A stretch of DNA of 64,000 bases, taken from assembly GCA_963700285.1 (NCBI GenBank), contig CAVOXA010000001.1:1088001-1152000 (forward strand), read 5' to 3'. The stretch is from an uncultured Chloroflexia bacterium (GTDB taxonomy: Bacteria; Chloroflexota; Anaerolineae; JAAYZQ01). Below the pieces are notes generated by a model. It made no database searches, was not told the origin of the DNA, and saw only the letters and a list, made by a program, of their open reading frames with translations. Shown one piece after another: positions 53,101 to 62,967 of the stretch (the stretch's first letter is position 1; each line of letters begins with the position of its first letter). A program made the translations under genes and the position numbers.

Positions 53101-55638
53101 GTTGCCCTCGATCGGCCTGGGGTTTGGCCACCAGTTGCTACTGTCTCCATTGGTGTCCAGGTCCCAGCCAACGCGGTAGTAGCCATGGTTGGTGCCGGCC
53201 GGATTGTCGATCCAGCCGAAAAAGATCTCGGGCCGGCCGTTGCCGTTCACGTCGTGGATGTCCAAAGCGGCGCCCTGGGTGGATCCGCCCACCCAGCCTG
53301 GGATCTGCTTCTTTGCGCTCCAGTTCGTGGGATTTGCCGGGATATCCCAGCCTACGCTATAGTAGGCGTTGTTGTCGCCTGCTGGATCCTCCACCCAGGC
53401 GACTATTAGCTCTGGCTTCCCGTTGCCATTCAGCTCGGTGAGGGCAATGCCCAAGCCGCCAGGCTTGTCGCCGGTTTCGGGGCCGCCAAAGTACGTAGCC
53501 CAGGAGTCCACCTCGTAGTAGATATATTTGGCGCCGTCGCTCCAGGCCGATACGCGCTCCGTTTGGCCATTAATCTGGCCGAAATCGGATCCAGCCCACT
53601 TGTCCGAGTCCTCGGTGCTGTACACCAACTGCTTGTCCATCCATCCAGTGCGGTGGGCCGGCACCCAAGAATCTGGGAACAGCGTCTGCGCCCCACCACT
53701 GGCGTTCCAGTACGATATCTTTTTGGAGTCGGTCTGGGTCGAGACCGGAACGCTGACACGGGCCAGCCCGCTACCGTCGCGTTTCTGATATTGGTAGGCA
53801 TAGTAGGTAACGGTATTGAGGGTCACCAGGCCGTCATCAGGAGAGGTCCAGCCCGCACGGGTCTCCAGGCTGCTGCCATGTTCCGTGGTTTGGGTGATGG
53901 AATGCTCCCAGCTCTTGGTGAACGAGGAACCTAGCTTGAACTTGCCAAACTCGAATTCGGATTCGAAAGTGGCCGAACTTCCGTAGGAGTTGGTGATCTG
54001 GTCTGCGGTCACATCGCCGCCCTTGATGCTACTGGCATAGGCGACGTCTGTCTCTGGGTTGTAGACCTCCCAGTAGGGCGGGCGATTGACCATCGATATC
54101 AAGCGTGTCTCGTCGAGTTGCTGGCACTTGCCCGTATAGTCGCCGTAGAGGTTGTTGCCGTCCACATCGCCCATGACGAGGTCGGTGAAGCGCGTGTCCA
54201 TGTCCTGCCGCTGATCGCGCAGATGGAGGCCGTCACCGTTGTCGCTGCACGGGCAGGCAGAGTTGTCGTCAAACGACAGTATCTGAAGAAGGTCGTCATA
54301 GTCAGAGAAGCTGGCCACGATTTCCGCTTTGCCATCGCCGTCGATGTCGCCGGCATCCACAGACACGTAGTCCACGTCTGTGGCTGCATCAACGCCCCAA
54401 TTTGAGCTGTGGAACTTGAGCTGGCCGGTGTCTGCGTCCAGCGTGACGGCCTGGAAATAGTCGTTTTGGTCGGCAAAGGCCGTCACCACCTCGTCCCACC
54501 GGTCGCCATCGATGTCGCCGGAAGCAATGGAGACGTACTCAACGTCGTCGCGGTACTGGTCGCTGGAATGCCACCAGCTCAGGCTGTGGAGGCTGTTGTC
54601 GCTGCTGTTGAATTGAAATAGCCCAACGTGCAGGTTCTTTTCCGAGTCCTTGTAAACGGCGGCGATCTGGTCGCGGCCGTCTCCGCTAAACACGCCCGTG
54701 GTCACGTCGACCTCGGAGGCGCCACTGTAGCGGCCATAGGCCAGCTCCGTGAGACCGCCGCTGCCGTTGTACTCCAGGACGATGATCTGCAGGACCTCGT
54801 ACTGGTCCGAAAGGGCCAGGGCGATCTCGTCCTTGTATCCGTCGCCGTCCAGGTCCCCAACCGCTGCGGCGATGTCCGTCATCTCATAGCGGCCATGGCT
54901 GGAGCTTCTCCAGGTGCCCATGTACTGGATCCCGCCATCCGATTCGCCGTCCAACAGCACCACCTGGAGGTACTGCTGGTCGTCACCAAAGGCCACGACG
55001 ACCTCTTCGCTGGCATTGCCGCCATGGGTCGCGTCCAGGTCGCCGGCGGCCGTGGCCATGAGGTAACCCATGTTCTCGCCCTGGCGATAGTTGCTTGAGC
55101 TGGACCAGAAATCGCGGGCCAGGTCCCCACTTGATGCCTCCGGGTTCTTGATGGAAATGACCTCCAGCTCCCCGGGGTTGTCGTCGCCAATGGCCATGAC
55201 GACTTCCACTTTTCCGTCGAGATCCAGGTCGGCGGCAGTGATGGCTGCCGAACGGGGGCGCCACCAGGTGTCATTGCTGATCTTGGACTCCCAGAAGTAC
55301 TTCAGACTCGCATCCGTGTCGCTCGTGTTGTCATATTTGGCAATCCCCATCTCGCCAATCGAGTTCTCGAGGGCGATGAGGATCTCGTCGTCCACGCCCA
55401 GCGTGGTCGTTCGGCCCGGCAGCGGCTTGGTACAGTCAATGCCATCTGCTGTCGGCGCCGACCCTGCCTGGCGCTCGCTACCTTCAGGCGCCCGAACCGC
55501 GTCTTCCGTCTGGACGAACTCGTGTGTCCTGTCTGCAGCCAGGCCCAGGACTGGTGCTGGCAGGGTCAGCGTAAGCGCCAACAAAAGCGCCAGATTCAAC
55601 CACATGGCCGGCCTGGCAAGTGCATTCTTCATTTTCAT
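50104..55638 (-). CDS. Large secreted protein (1844 aa): FG-GAP/VCBS propeller, two Ser/Thr-rich beta segments, Ig-like/DUF11-like domains, YLP tail
   Basis: Signal peptide, repeated GDxDGD motifs, three W(V/I)(E/D)..AG.N..Y..VG repeats, C-terminal LYLPLAYKNR. Confidence 0.8.
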   Translation of the reverse strand: MKMKNALARPAMWLNLALLLALTLTLPAPVLGLAADRTHEFVQTEDAVRAPEGSERQAGSAPTADGIDCTKPLPGRTTTLGVDDEILIALENSIGEMGIAKYDNTSDTDASLKYFWESKISNDTWWRPRSAAITAADLDLDGKVEVVMAIGDDNPGELEVISIKNPEASSGDLARDFWSSSSNYRQGENMGYLMATAAGDLDATHGGNASEEVVVAFGDDQQYLQVVLLDGESDGGIQYMGTWRSSSHGRYEMTDIAAAVGDLDGDGYKDEIALALSDQYEVLQIIVLEYNGSGGLTELAYGRYSGASEVDVTTGVFSGDGRDQIAAVYKDSEKNLHVGLFQFNSSDNSLHSLSWWHSSDQYRDDVEYVSIASGDIDGDRWDEVVTAFADQNDYFQAVTLDADTGQLKFHSSNWGVDAATDVDYVSVDAGDIDGDGKAEIVASFSDYDDLLQILSFDDNSACPCSDNGDGLHLRDQRQDMDTRFTDLVMGDVDGNNLYGDYTGKCQQLDETRLISMVNRPPYWEVYNPETDVAYASSIKGGDVTADQITNSYGSSATFESEFEFGKFKLGSSFTKSWEHSITQTTEHGSSLETRAGWTSPDDGLVTLNTVTYYAYQYQKRDGSGLARVSVPVSTQTDSKKISYWNASGGAQTLFPDSWVPAHRTGWMDKQLVYSTEDSDKWAGSDFGQINGQTERVSAWSDGAKYIYYEVDSWATYFGGPETGDKPGGLGIALTELNGNGKPELIVAWVEDPAGDNNAYYSVGWDIPANPTNWSAKKQIPGWVGGSTQGAALDIHDVNGNGRPEIFFGWIDNPAGTNHGYYRVGWDLDTNGDSSNWWPNPRPIEGNFGDGNGGMGLTIADSDGDGDLDLVAAWGREAEEAGQWELGYSIGQDLQGSSFVESWAPGHPIPVPPEHKVVGATVASADLVAADGHPELVVGWIEDQVGGNPAYTRVGTCQQLGGEVDQRPTDIEDPVAKDGQFKIKLHDQWWDTNGDLLWRWDKSGGPPPPIYISLGGGDPYWKVEKTTFTEQTVETSESYNYEVSGEAEFLGIGAQGSKTWGFEEGTSYSISWEQGFFMDGTNVGLDPYKQPPPTQAQEYKYNPFTYMQESDSHTGVKQAYMVLDYFVPWRGSDTGQNTSTEAARATGPAVAPGIPLIDSITHPDPGAWYAADTATFTWRQPDGDPAVVDGYRWYMDRNPDTVPREMSLGLATTDTYEGLSDGLWYVHLRARSDGGKWGETAHLAVLVDTHAPQVALSLDPARPTEGSGWYNVPVRAEVSADDGDGSGTTRIETSTDGATWQPYTQPLIFDTDMAPTTLWARATDLMDHVSEPVSKTFALDLTLPTTQVAPGCWKPGRDCMAGVITDAAGNQRLRLSGQINGSVSGERGLGIQINGERWTAADEIGNGLWSYTSDTDLGAGCYAFHVQGEDWAGNMETLRAHGEEVAWHPRQRPELSGSRIAVVPNKARPGETVAVTLNVPNSGPQDTLVPISATVPAGLQVQADSISSDGVYDDASRTITWPPRLLWPGQERPLSFRAQVDGGLAATTLDISLTALGTWPIVDTCPARELAAFRDTETTVQRTAQLSVDPALPDGADTQPPASPSLRIEAGPATNHRQTQLLITKDGRAVTDARWMFLREWTLDTSDGTWTAVQESGWLPYSPTVPWSLSQGDGAKYMGVWLADAEGNVTVLDFNSLALTNLLEGSQTLTDGQRIQYRFPLRIRDLAIFGLEARSGDPNLYIWQPANGWRPDFAADGTGPVETVGFPVSRRGLHLVEVQANGDSRYALHLAGDVDPKSAASLSEMAEGTPEHPITLSDPLSAGVAVAPGPPEMPKLYLPLAYKNR

Positions 55639-55765
55639 CCTCCATCATTGTTGGGTACCGATAGACAGACCTGGCGCAGCGCATGCAAACACGACTCGGA
55701 GACCCTGCCGGCCAATGGGCGCGGCAGAGTCTCCCGGCCAGATTCAACGGTTGACGGGCGCGATT

Positions 55766-56182
55766 CTAGGGCTTGTTGTCCCCTGGCTTGCAGTCTCCCC
55801 GGTAGAAGGCCCACTCCTCGCATTCGGAGCCGTCGTCAAAGACGCAGTAACCCACCTCGCCGCCCGATTCTGAGCGGATGTCGGTCTTGCCGCCCTCGTC
55901 GGCACAGTGCACCGACGCGGGGTTGGGCATGCCAATAGGAGCCTCGGCCTCGCCGCCGGGGCCGCACTGGCCGCGGTAGTAAGCCCACTCTTCGCATTCG
56001 GAGCCGTCGTCAAAGAGGCAGTATCCCACTTCGCCACCGGATTCGGTGCGGCTCTCCCACTTGTGGCCCTGATCCGCGCAGTACTTGGATGCGGGGTTCT
56101 CCATGTTGAGGTTGCGTTGCGAACCACAGGCGCCGATGGCCAGGATGGCTGCCAGTAGTACGACCAGCATTGTTCTTTTCAT
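55766..56182 (-). CDS. Lipoprotein with two DUF333 domains
   Basis: IGAC lipobox and 2x MxNPASxxC.DxG...GYCxFDDGSECEEWAxYRGxC. Confidence 0.88.
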   Translation of the reverse strand: MKRTMLVVLLAAILAIGACGSQRNLNMENPASKYCADQGHKWESRTESGGEVGYCLFDDGSECEEWAYYRGQCGPGGEAEAPIGMPNPASVHCADEGGKTDIRSESGGEVGYCVFDDGSECEEWAFYRGDCKPGDNKP

Positions 56183-56417
56183 TTCTTATCTCCTTATATT
56201 ACTTACTATGGACAAGGGATGATAGGCGGCGGACGACGGAAGATGGATGGTAACCACGGATGATGGATGAAGGATAGTGGGGCGCTGGATGACAAGAGCC
56301 GGCCTGCCGTGCGTCCGCTGAGGTTGGTATTGTGCCTCTCTTATGGTGGCATGTCTATACCCTCCCGGACAAGCAACTTCAAGTGGGTGGCCTGACCACC
56401 CACTTGAACAGGGCTGC

Positions 56418-58055
56418 CTACGAGTCCTTGAAGGCCAGCGGCAGGTACTGGCGGTGAGGCACCAGGTAGATGGTACGGTGGGCCCAGTTGTCCGTGTAGA
56501 GGTCCTCGTCCCTGTCCCGGTGCTCGACGTTGATCCAGAAGTCGTGGGCACCCATCTCGCCTGAGGAGTCCCAGGCAAACTGGGCGGTGGCCGTTTCCCC
56601 GGCCAGGATCAAGGGGATATAGTCTCCCCCGAGGTACCGACCGCCGCCGTTGGGGTTGCCGTCCCAAAACTCAACCCCGACGTGGCTGAAGGCATCACCC
56701 TGCGCCTGGACAGTCGCCGAAATGCGAACCGTTTCGCCGGCGCTCGGTAGCTCGGGATCGAAGACAATGCTCTCCGGTTCGATGGCCAGGTTGATGGGTC
56801 CCTCTGCAGTTCCCTGCGGTTTGACCGGGAGTATCGCATAGGCCTTGTTGTTGTTGGGCGGATTCGTCTCGTCGTGCACCTCTGCGATCTTGTTGTCGGG
56901 GTCCACGACGGCATAGATGTCCAGCGTCTGGCCACCGTAGCCTGTGGTGTCGAATTGCACTGTGACCGTTTGGCTGGACTGGGTCTTCAGTTCCGGGATG
57001 TTCTGGTCGAGGCCGATCTGCTGCCCGCCATCGTCTGGATCGCCCTGATAGAGACGGACTGTGACGTCTCTGGCATCTGTGACACCGGTTTGCGACCACA
57101 CGCTGTAGTTGCGCACCTTGGCCGTGACCGTAACCAGTTCCCCGGCCGTGGGTGAATGAGGATCGAAGGTGATCTCCTTGGTGAGCAGAGGGTAGCCCGG
57201 GGTCGTGGAGTATTTCCAGGGCAGGTTGAAGGCGGGATCGGGCTTGTCGTAGGTGAGCTGCCACCAGGTGGCTGGTATCGTTGGGTTGTTGGCGTTGGTC
57301 TCCGGCCGGACTGCATAGTCAAGCGCCAGGTGCCCATCGTCCGAGGACCAGTAGACGTAGGGATCCATCACGTATTTGTCCTCTTGCGTTTGGTCAATGT
57401 TGTTGACCCTGAGGTAGATCGAGGTTGTCTGCTCAAAGCTCACCTTGTGCGTGGATATCTGCTCCTTGCTGTAGGTCCCGTCCACCTTGGCCTTGATGCC
57501 CCATACATCGACCCCGGTCCCGAACTCGACATCCTGCTTTCTAGTCTGCTTTGTCTTGTCGTCTTTGACATCACTCCACTCGACCGTGAACGTATTGACA
57601 CTCCCATCCACCTGGCCGTCCCTGTCAAAATCCCCAGTAGCCACCCGGGCAGGGGGGATGCCTGTTCACCGGTATCAAAGTCATACGCGATCTCCTGAAG
57701 ACCGTCCTTGAAATACCCTAGCGTCATGTAAAAGTCCGATCCGTATCTGCGGACGCCCACAAAGTCGTCCAGCTTGTCCCCGTTAAAGTTTCCAGTCGCC
57801 AAAGCGGATCTATCACCGTAAGATCTCGTCGTCCGCCACCAGCCGGCGATTGCCGGCCAGGGGGTCCCCGCCCTGGGCTACCAGGGTATCCAGGTCCTGG
57901 ACCTTGGCCCGGTGGCCGACGCGGTGGCGAGGGATCAATGGCTGTTCGGGCTCGTCCGCCTGAACGGGCGCGCCGCCGCCGGCCAGCCACAGGCTGGCCA
58001 GCAAAAGGCAGACCAGCAGAAGTAATACCGCAAGCAAGGCAAACGTGCGTTTCAT
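56418..58055 (-). pseudogene. Internally deleted paralog of the 1844-aa protein with CARDB-like C-terminal domains
   Basis: Signal peptide at 58055, RLVADDEIL (compare TLGVDDEIL), broken FG-GAP pieces in three frames, then an intact 3' part with VDPDNKIAE and a QYLPLAFKDS tail. Confidence 0.7.
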
Positions 58056-58155
58056 GATTATCCCTCCCCTAGAACTCCTGACCCCAATCTCGCATGCCCA
58101 CGGTCGGGCGCAGCAGGGCACCCAGGCCATGCGCGTTGCCGCCGCCTGCCGGTTC

Positions 58156-61100
58156 CTAGTGCTGCGGCACGAACGGGAAGTAGAGCCAGTACCGGCGCCA
58201 CTCGTGCAGGTGGCTGTCGGACAGGGAAAAGGGCGAGTACTCGTCTACGTCCGTCACCTGCACGTACTGCCCATCCCCGCTGCCACCTCGTTCGTACACG
58301 CCAGCTTCTTTGTCCCACTTTCTGTTTGTCTCGTTGCTGTGGTAGACCTCCAACGTGGCGTTGTCCTGGCCATTACGCTCCGCCTCGGCATAGTAGAAGC
58401 GGACCGTGGCCGGCTGCGGCGCCGTGGGGTCCAGCTCGAAGCAGCGCTGGACGCCGGCGCTGGCGCTAGGGCACAACTGGTTGCCCCAAACCGTCACGAT
58501 CGTGCTGCCCATGATGCCGGTCCCCGGATCGATCTCCAGGCCGAGGTAGCTGTCCTGGGTCCCGCCGGCATCCCTGATGTGCAGGAAGGCGGTGTTGCTG
58601 CCGTCCACCACCCTGCTCTGCTTGAGGCCGCCGTTGTTGGCCAGGGCGCCGTCTACGTGCAGCGCCGTGGCTGGGCCCAGGTCCAGCGTCGTCCCCTTTG
58701 CCACGGTCAGGTCGTGAAAGGTGATCGTGTCGGTGTCGAGGGTCTGGGCGCCTGGGCCGTCAAAGGTGACGGAGCCGCCGCGGGCAGCAAAGACGCCGCC
58801 GTTCCTCACCAGGTCTCCGCCGACCTCGATGGCATGGTTTCCCTCCGAAACATCCAGCGTACCGCTATTGAGGGTCAGGTCGCCGTGCACGTCCAGCGGA
58901 GCGCCCAGGGTGGTGGTGGCCATGGAGGTCGCCGGGTGTCTTCCGCCGGCCAGGGCGCTGATCTCGCCCGCCGTGAGCGCCCGGTTGTAGACCCGCACGT
59001 CGTCCAGCAGGCCGTCCAGGGCGCCATCGACTCCGCTCCAGCTCAAGTGGATGCCATCGCCCGCGCCAACCGCGCCTGAGATGCTGGCTGCACCTGCCTG
59101 CTCGGCGCCATTCAGGTACAGGCGCATGGTGCTGCCATCGTAGGTGCCTGCCGCGTGCAGCCAGGCGCCGGTGGTCAGGACGTCATTCACCCGGATGCTG
59201 TGCAGGCTGCCGCCAATCTTGGCATAGAAGTGAAGCTGTCCTGGCCCGTTGTCCCCTCCATAGCGCAGGACCGCCTTTTCGTTGCCTAGTGTTACAAAGC
59301 GCATGTCCTGGCCTGCGGGCATGGCATCCAGCTTGACCCAGGTGGCCAGGCTAAACTGCTGCAGGTTGTCGATGTCGCTGGTGCCAGCGATGGAGACATA
59401 GTCGGCATCGGCGCGGTCAAAGTGCAGGGCGTAGGGATTCTCAAAGAGCGTGGCCGGTGTGTCCGTGCTCCAGGATGGGCTTCTTTGCAGCACCCCATCG
59501 TGGCCGTAGCCGGATGAATCGGCTGCGGTGGTTCCGACGCCGCCATCGAGCTTCCAGTAACCCAGCATGCCATCGTTGAGGACCAGGTCGTTGAAGGTAG
59601 TGGACAGCGTCTGGTCAGTCGTATTGTCGAGCAGGACGCGGCCCCCGTTGGGGTTGAAGGTGCCGCCGCTGTGCCGGAAGCCGCCGCCGGCGCTCATCAG
59701 TCCCGATGGGGCGGTGAAGCTCCCGCCGCCGAGGTCAAAGGCGCCGCCGATGTCCAGCCTGCTGCCGCCGCCGGTGAACGTCCCCCCGTCCTGGACCCAA
59801 TCGCCGCTGATGGTCAGGTCCGCGTTCTGGGTGATCTGGCCCGCGTAGCCGGAAGCGATGGTCAGACGCATGATGGTATTGGCAAAGCCCTTGTCGACGA
59901 CGGCGTTCTTTGTAGACGTGCTGTCAAAGCGCACCCCGTCGGTGGAATGGCGGGGCACGACGTCGGAGGCCCAGTTGGCCGCCTCGGACCAGTTCGGCGT
60001 GGCCCCTCCGCCGTCCCAGACGCGGGTGACAGGCAGAGCAACGTTGCCGGTACCGGCATCCGCGGCATATTCCAGGATGAGGGGGATGCCGTGGTCGCGA
60101 TCCTGGGCCGTGCTGCTGGAAGTGGTGACGTGCGTGACCCGGATCTGGTCGACGGCGGTTTGGGCGAAGGCGTCCCCGGTCATTTCGACGACGACGAAAT
60201 AGATACGCGGCGCGCCGAACTGCACCTGCACGTTGGCATCCCCATCGGTCAAGGCCACGGTCTGGATTCCCCCGGTGAGGGACAGGCTATCCACACCGGC
60301 GACCAGGGTGTCGCTGTTGATCTCAAAGGCGCCGGAACCATCGTCCAGGTAGATGGCCAGCTTGCCGACAAGACTGCTGGCTTCGGCGGTGGTGAGGGGG
60401 ACGCCGTGGCCGTCTTCGAAGAGCAGTTCCAGGGTGGCCAGCTCCTCGTCGCCGTCGCCACTGCGGCCGCGATGGGTCATGGTGATCATCAGCAGGTCAT
60501 CGGTCTGGCCGCTGGTCAGTTGGGTGGGAGCGGTACTGGCCGTGGCCAGGGCGAACTGCCCGCCGAGGTTCGCCCACCAGGCGATCTCTTTCGCCTCTTG
60601 TGCGGCGCCGACCAGATCCAGGTCTCCGTCACCATCCACGTCAGCCGCGGCGGCAGCCGATCCCCCGGCAAAATCCTTGGCTGCACTGTGCTTGCCCCAC
60701 GCGCTGCCGTCCCCGGCGGCGTTTTCCCACCAGGTGATCGCCCCGTCGCCGGAGGAGGCGCTGAGAACATCCACGTCGCCGTCGCGATCCAGGTCGGCCG
60801 CTGCAATACCCAGCGGCATGGGGACGTCCGGATCCACGGGGTGTTGGGTCCAGGCGCTGCCAGAGCCTGTCGAATTCTCCCACCAGGTGATGTCACCGGC
60901 AACAGACGCCGCGCCGAGGATGTCCGGGTCGCCGTCACCATCAACATCGGCGGCGACCACGCTGACTGCCCCGTCGAAGCTTTCGGCTACGACGTGTTTG
61001 CTCCAGGTGCGGCCATCCCCGGCCGTGTTCTGCCACCAGGCGACGTCGCCCGCGTACCCGGCGCCAAGGATGTCCAGATCCCCATCACCGTCCACGTCGA

Positions 61101-62814
61101 CTGCGGCGACGTCCTGCGCCTCGTCGAAACCTCCATCCACGGCGTGTCTGCTCCAGGCGCTGCCATCCCGGGCCGTGTTCTGCCACCAGGCAACCATATC
61201 CCCTTCGAGAGAGGAGCCCACGACATCCAGGTCGCCGTCACCATCCATATCGGCGGCAGCCACGCTGCTCGCCCCGCTGATGTCCGTAACGATGTTGCGC
61301 CTGCTCCAGGCGCTGCCGTCCCCGGCCGTGTTCTCCCACCACGAGATATCGCTGGCCGAATTGAACGCCGCGCCGAGGATGTCCAGGTCACCGTCCCCAT
61401 CCACGTCGGCCGCGGCGATACCCACCGCCCCGCCAAAGTTCGCATCGACGATCTGTTTGCTCCAGGTGCTGCCGTGCCGGGCTGTATTCTCCCACCAGGC
61501 AATGGTATCGAAAATGCCCCCCGCTGCGAGGATGTCCAGGTCCCCATCACCATCCAGGTCGGCCACGGCGACGCTTTCCGTCCCCTCAAAGGCCCCGTCC
61601 ACGACGGTTCTGCCCGCGCCGGGGAAAAGGGCGCTGCTGTGGATCAGCTTGTTCTCCCACCAGGCGATATCGCCGTCGTCGTGCGCGATGCCCAGAATGT
61701 CCAGGTCACCATCGCCATCCACGTCCGCGGCGGCAACCCCGTTCCAGCCGACGTGATCCGAAGCCATGTGGTGCCCGTGCCAGGCGCTGCCGTCCCCGGA
61801 CGTGTTCTCATACCAGCCAATCTGATCCACGTAGGTCCACGGCGCGTTGAGCAGATCCATATCGCCGTCACCATCCACGTCGGCCGCTGCGACGGCCCAG
61901 GCAAAGGAATGGCTGCCAGTCACGGCATGCTTGTCCCAAGTACCGCCGTCTCCGGCCACATTCTCCCACCAGATCATACCCTCGTTCTGCAGCGCGCCGA
62001 GGATGTCCTGGTCGCCGTCGCCGTCCACGTCGGCCGCGGCTACGTCCCGCGCCGAATCCACTCCTTGCTCAACGTGGTACTTGAGCCAGGCGCTTCCATC
62101 TCCGGCGCGGTTCTCCCACCAGGTGATCGCCTCCTCACCCTCAGAGGCGCCCAGCACGTCCAGGTCACCGTCCCCATCGATATCTGCCGCGGCAAGGGCG
62201 AAAGTAAGGTAGGTATCGGTGGTTACATGGTATTTGCTCCAGGCGCTGCCATCCCCGGCAGTATTCTCCCACCAGGCGATGCTGGACCCTTCGTAGCCCA
62301 CGCCAAGGATGTCCATATCGCCATCGTTGTCCATGTCGCCAGCGATGACATCCCACGCTGCGGAGAAACTGCTGTCCACCGCATGCTGAGTCCAGGCGCT
62401 GGCGTCCCCTGTCTCATTCTCCCACCAGGCGACATCGTTGGCCCCCGGCGCCGCACCCAGAATATCCATATCGCCGTCGCCATCGAGGTCAGCCGCGGCG
62501 ACGCTTGAGGCATGTTCGAACGAGCCATCCACGAGGTGCTTGCTCCAGCTGGTGCCATCTCCAGCCGCGTTCTCCCACCAGGCAATGTCGTTGACGTTCT
62601 CAGCCGCGCCAAGGACGTCCAGGTCGCCGTCCCCATCCAGGTCGGCCGTGGCGATATCCAGCACCCCCCCAAAGTTGCCGGCAATTGTGTGTGCCGTGGA
62701 GAATGGGATGTCGCGGGCATGAACGGGAGCCACGATCAGGACCAGTAGCAGAGCAACGATAGTCGCCAACGAAAAGATTCGAAGCACGTGTTTGGTCGGT
62801 CGTACCGGTTTCAT
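58156..62814 (-). CDS. Large secreted FG-GAP repeat adhesin-like protein with LamG domain
   Basis: About 14 AAD(L/V)DGDGDxD(I/V)LG...WWEN repeats, WDGGG...NWS beta-helix-like segment, GYWKLD...GLLDDVRVYNRAL LamG domain, tail WLYFPFVPQH. Confidence 0.85.
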   Translation of the reverse strand: MKPVRPTKHVLRIFSLATIVALLLVLIVAPVHARDIPFSTAHTIAGNFGGVLDIATADLDGDGDLDVLGAAENVNDIAWWENAAGDGTSWSKHLVDGSFEHASSVAAADLDGDGDMDILGAAPGANDVAWWENETGDASAWTQHAVDSSFSAAWDVIAGDMDNDGDMDILGVGYEGSSIAWWENTAGDGSAWSKYHVTTDTYLTFALAAADIDGDGDLDVLGASEGEEAITWWENRAGDGSAWLKYHVEQGVDSARDVAAADVDGDGDQDILGALQNEGMIWWENVAGDGGTWDKHAVTGSHSFAWAVAAADVDGDGDMDLLNAPWTYVDQIGWYENTSGDGSAWHGHHMASDHVGWNGVAAADVDGDGDLDILGIAHDDGDIAWWENKLIHSSALFPGAGRTVVDGAFEGTESVAVADLDGDGDLDILAAGGIFDTIAWWENTARHGSTWSKQIVDANFGGAVGIAAADVDGDGDLDILGAAFNSASDISWWENTAGDGSAWSRRNIVTDISGASSVAAADMDGDGDLDVVGSSLEGDMVAWWQNTARDGSAWSRHAVDGGFDEAQDVAAVDVDGDGDLDILGAGYAGDVAWWQNTAGDGRTWSKHVVAESFDGAVSVVAADVDGDGDPDILGAASVAGDITWWENSTGSGSAWTQHPVDPDVPMPLGIAAADLDRDGDVDVLSASSGDGAITWWENAAGDGSAWGKHSAAKDFAGGSAAAAADVDGDGDLDLVGAAQEAKEIAWWANLGGQFALATASTAPTQLTSGQTDDLLMITMTHRGRSGDGDEELATLELLFEDGHGVPLTTAEASSLVGKLAIYLDDGSGAFEINSDTLVAGVDSLSLTGGIQTVALTDGDANVQVQFGAPRIYFVVVEMTGDAFAQTAVDQIRVTHVTTSSSTAQDRDHGIPLILEYAADAGTGNVALPVTRVWDGGGATPNWSEAANWASDVVPRHSTDGVRFDSTSTKNAVVDKGFANTIMRLTIASGYAGQITQNADLTISGDWVQDGGTFTGGGSRLDIGGAFDLGGGSFTAPSGLMSAGGGFRHSGGTFNPNGGRVLLDNTTDQTLSTTFNDLVLNDGMLGYWKLDGGVGTTAADSSGYGHDGVLQRSPSWSTDTPATLFENPYALHFDRADADYVSIAGTSDIDNLQQFSLATWVKLDAMPAGQDMRFVTLGNEKAVLRYGGDNGPGQLHFYAKIGGSLHSIRVNDVLTTGAWLHAAGTYDGSTMRLYLNGAEQAGAASISGAVGAGDGIHLSWSGVDGALDGLLDDVRVYNRALTAGEISALAGGRHPATSMATTTLGAPLDVHGDLTLNSGTLDVSEGNHAIEVGGDLVRNGGVFAARGGSVTFDGPGAQTLDTDTITFHDLTVAKGTTLDLGPATALHVDGALANNGGLKQSRVVDGSNTAFLHIRDAGGTQDSYLGLEIDPGTGIMGSTIVTVWGNQLCPSASAGVQRCFELDPTAPQPATVRFYYAEAERNGQDNATLEVYHSNETNRKWDKEAGVYERGGSGDGQYVQVTDVDEYSPFSLSDSHLHEWRRYWLYFPFVPQH

Positions 62815-62967
62815 TTTGGAATCCTCCTTTATGATCTGTCGCTTGGTCTCAGTATACCCCATGGGCGTGACAAAAGCGTGACAGTAGGATGGGCCGCCCC
62901 TCTGACCTTTGGCTCAGCCGGGAGACTGGTCCAGTTTTCCGAAACTGGACCAGACTTGAGCCTGCGC

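Noticed and set aside
59671-62508. 945-aa and 467-aa plus-strand ORFs
   Set aside because: Antisense shadows of the GC-rich FG-GAP repeat gene, with no protein motifs of their own.
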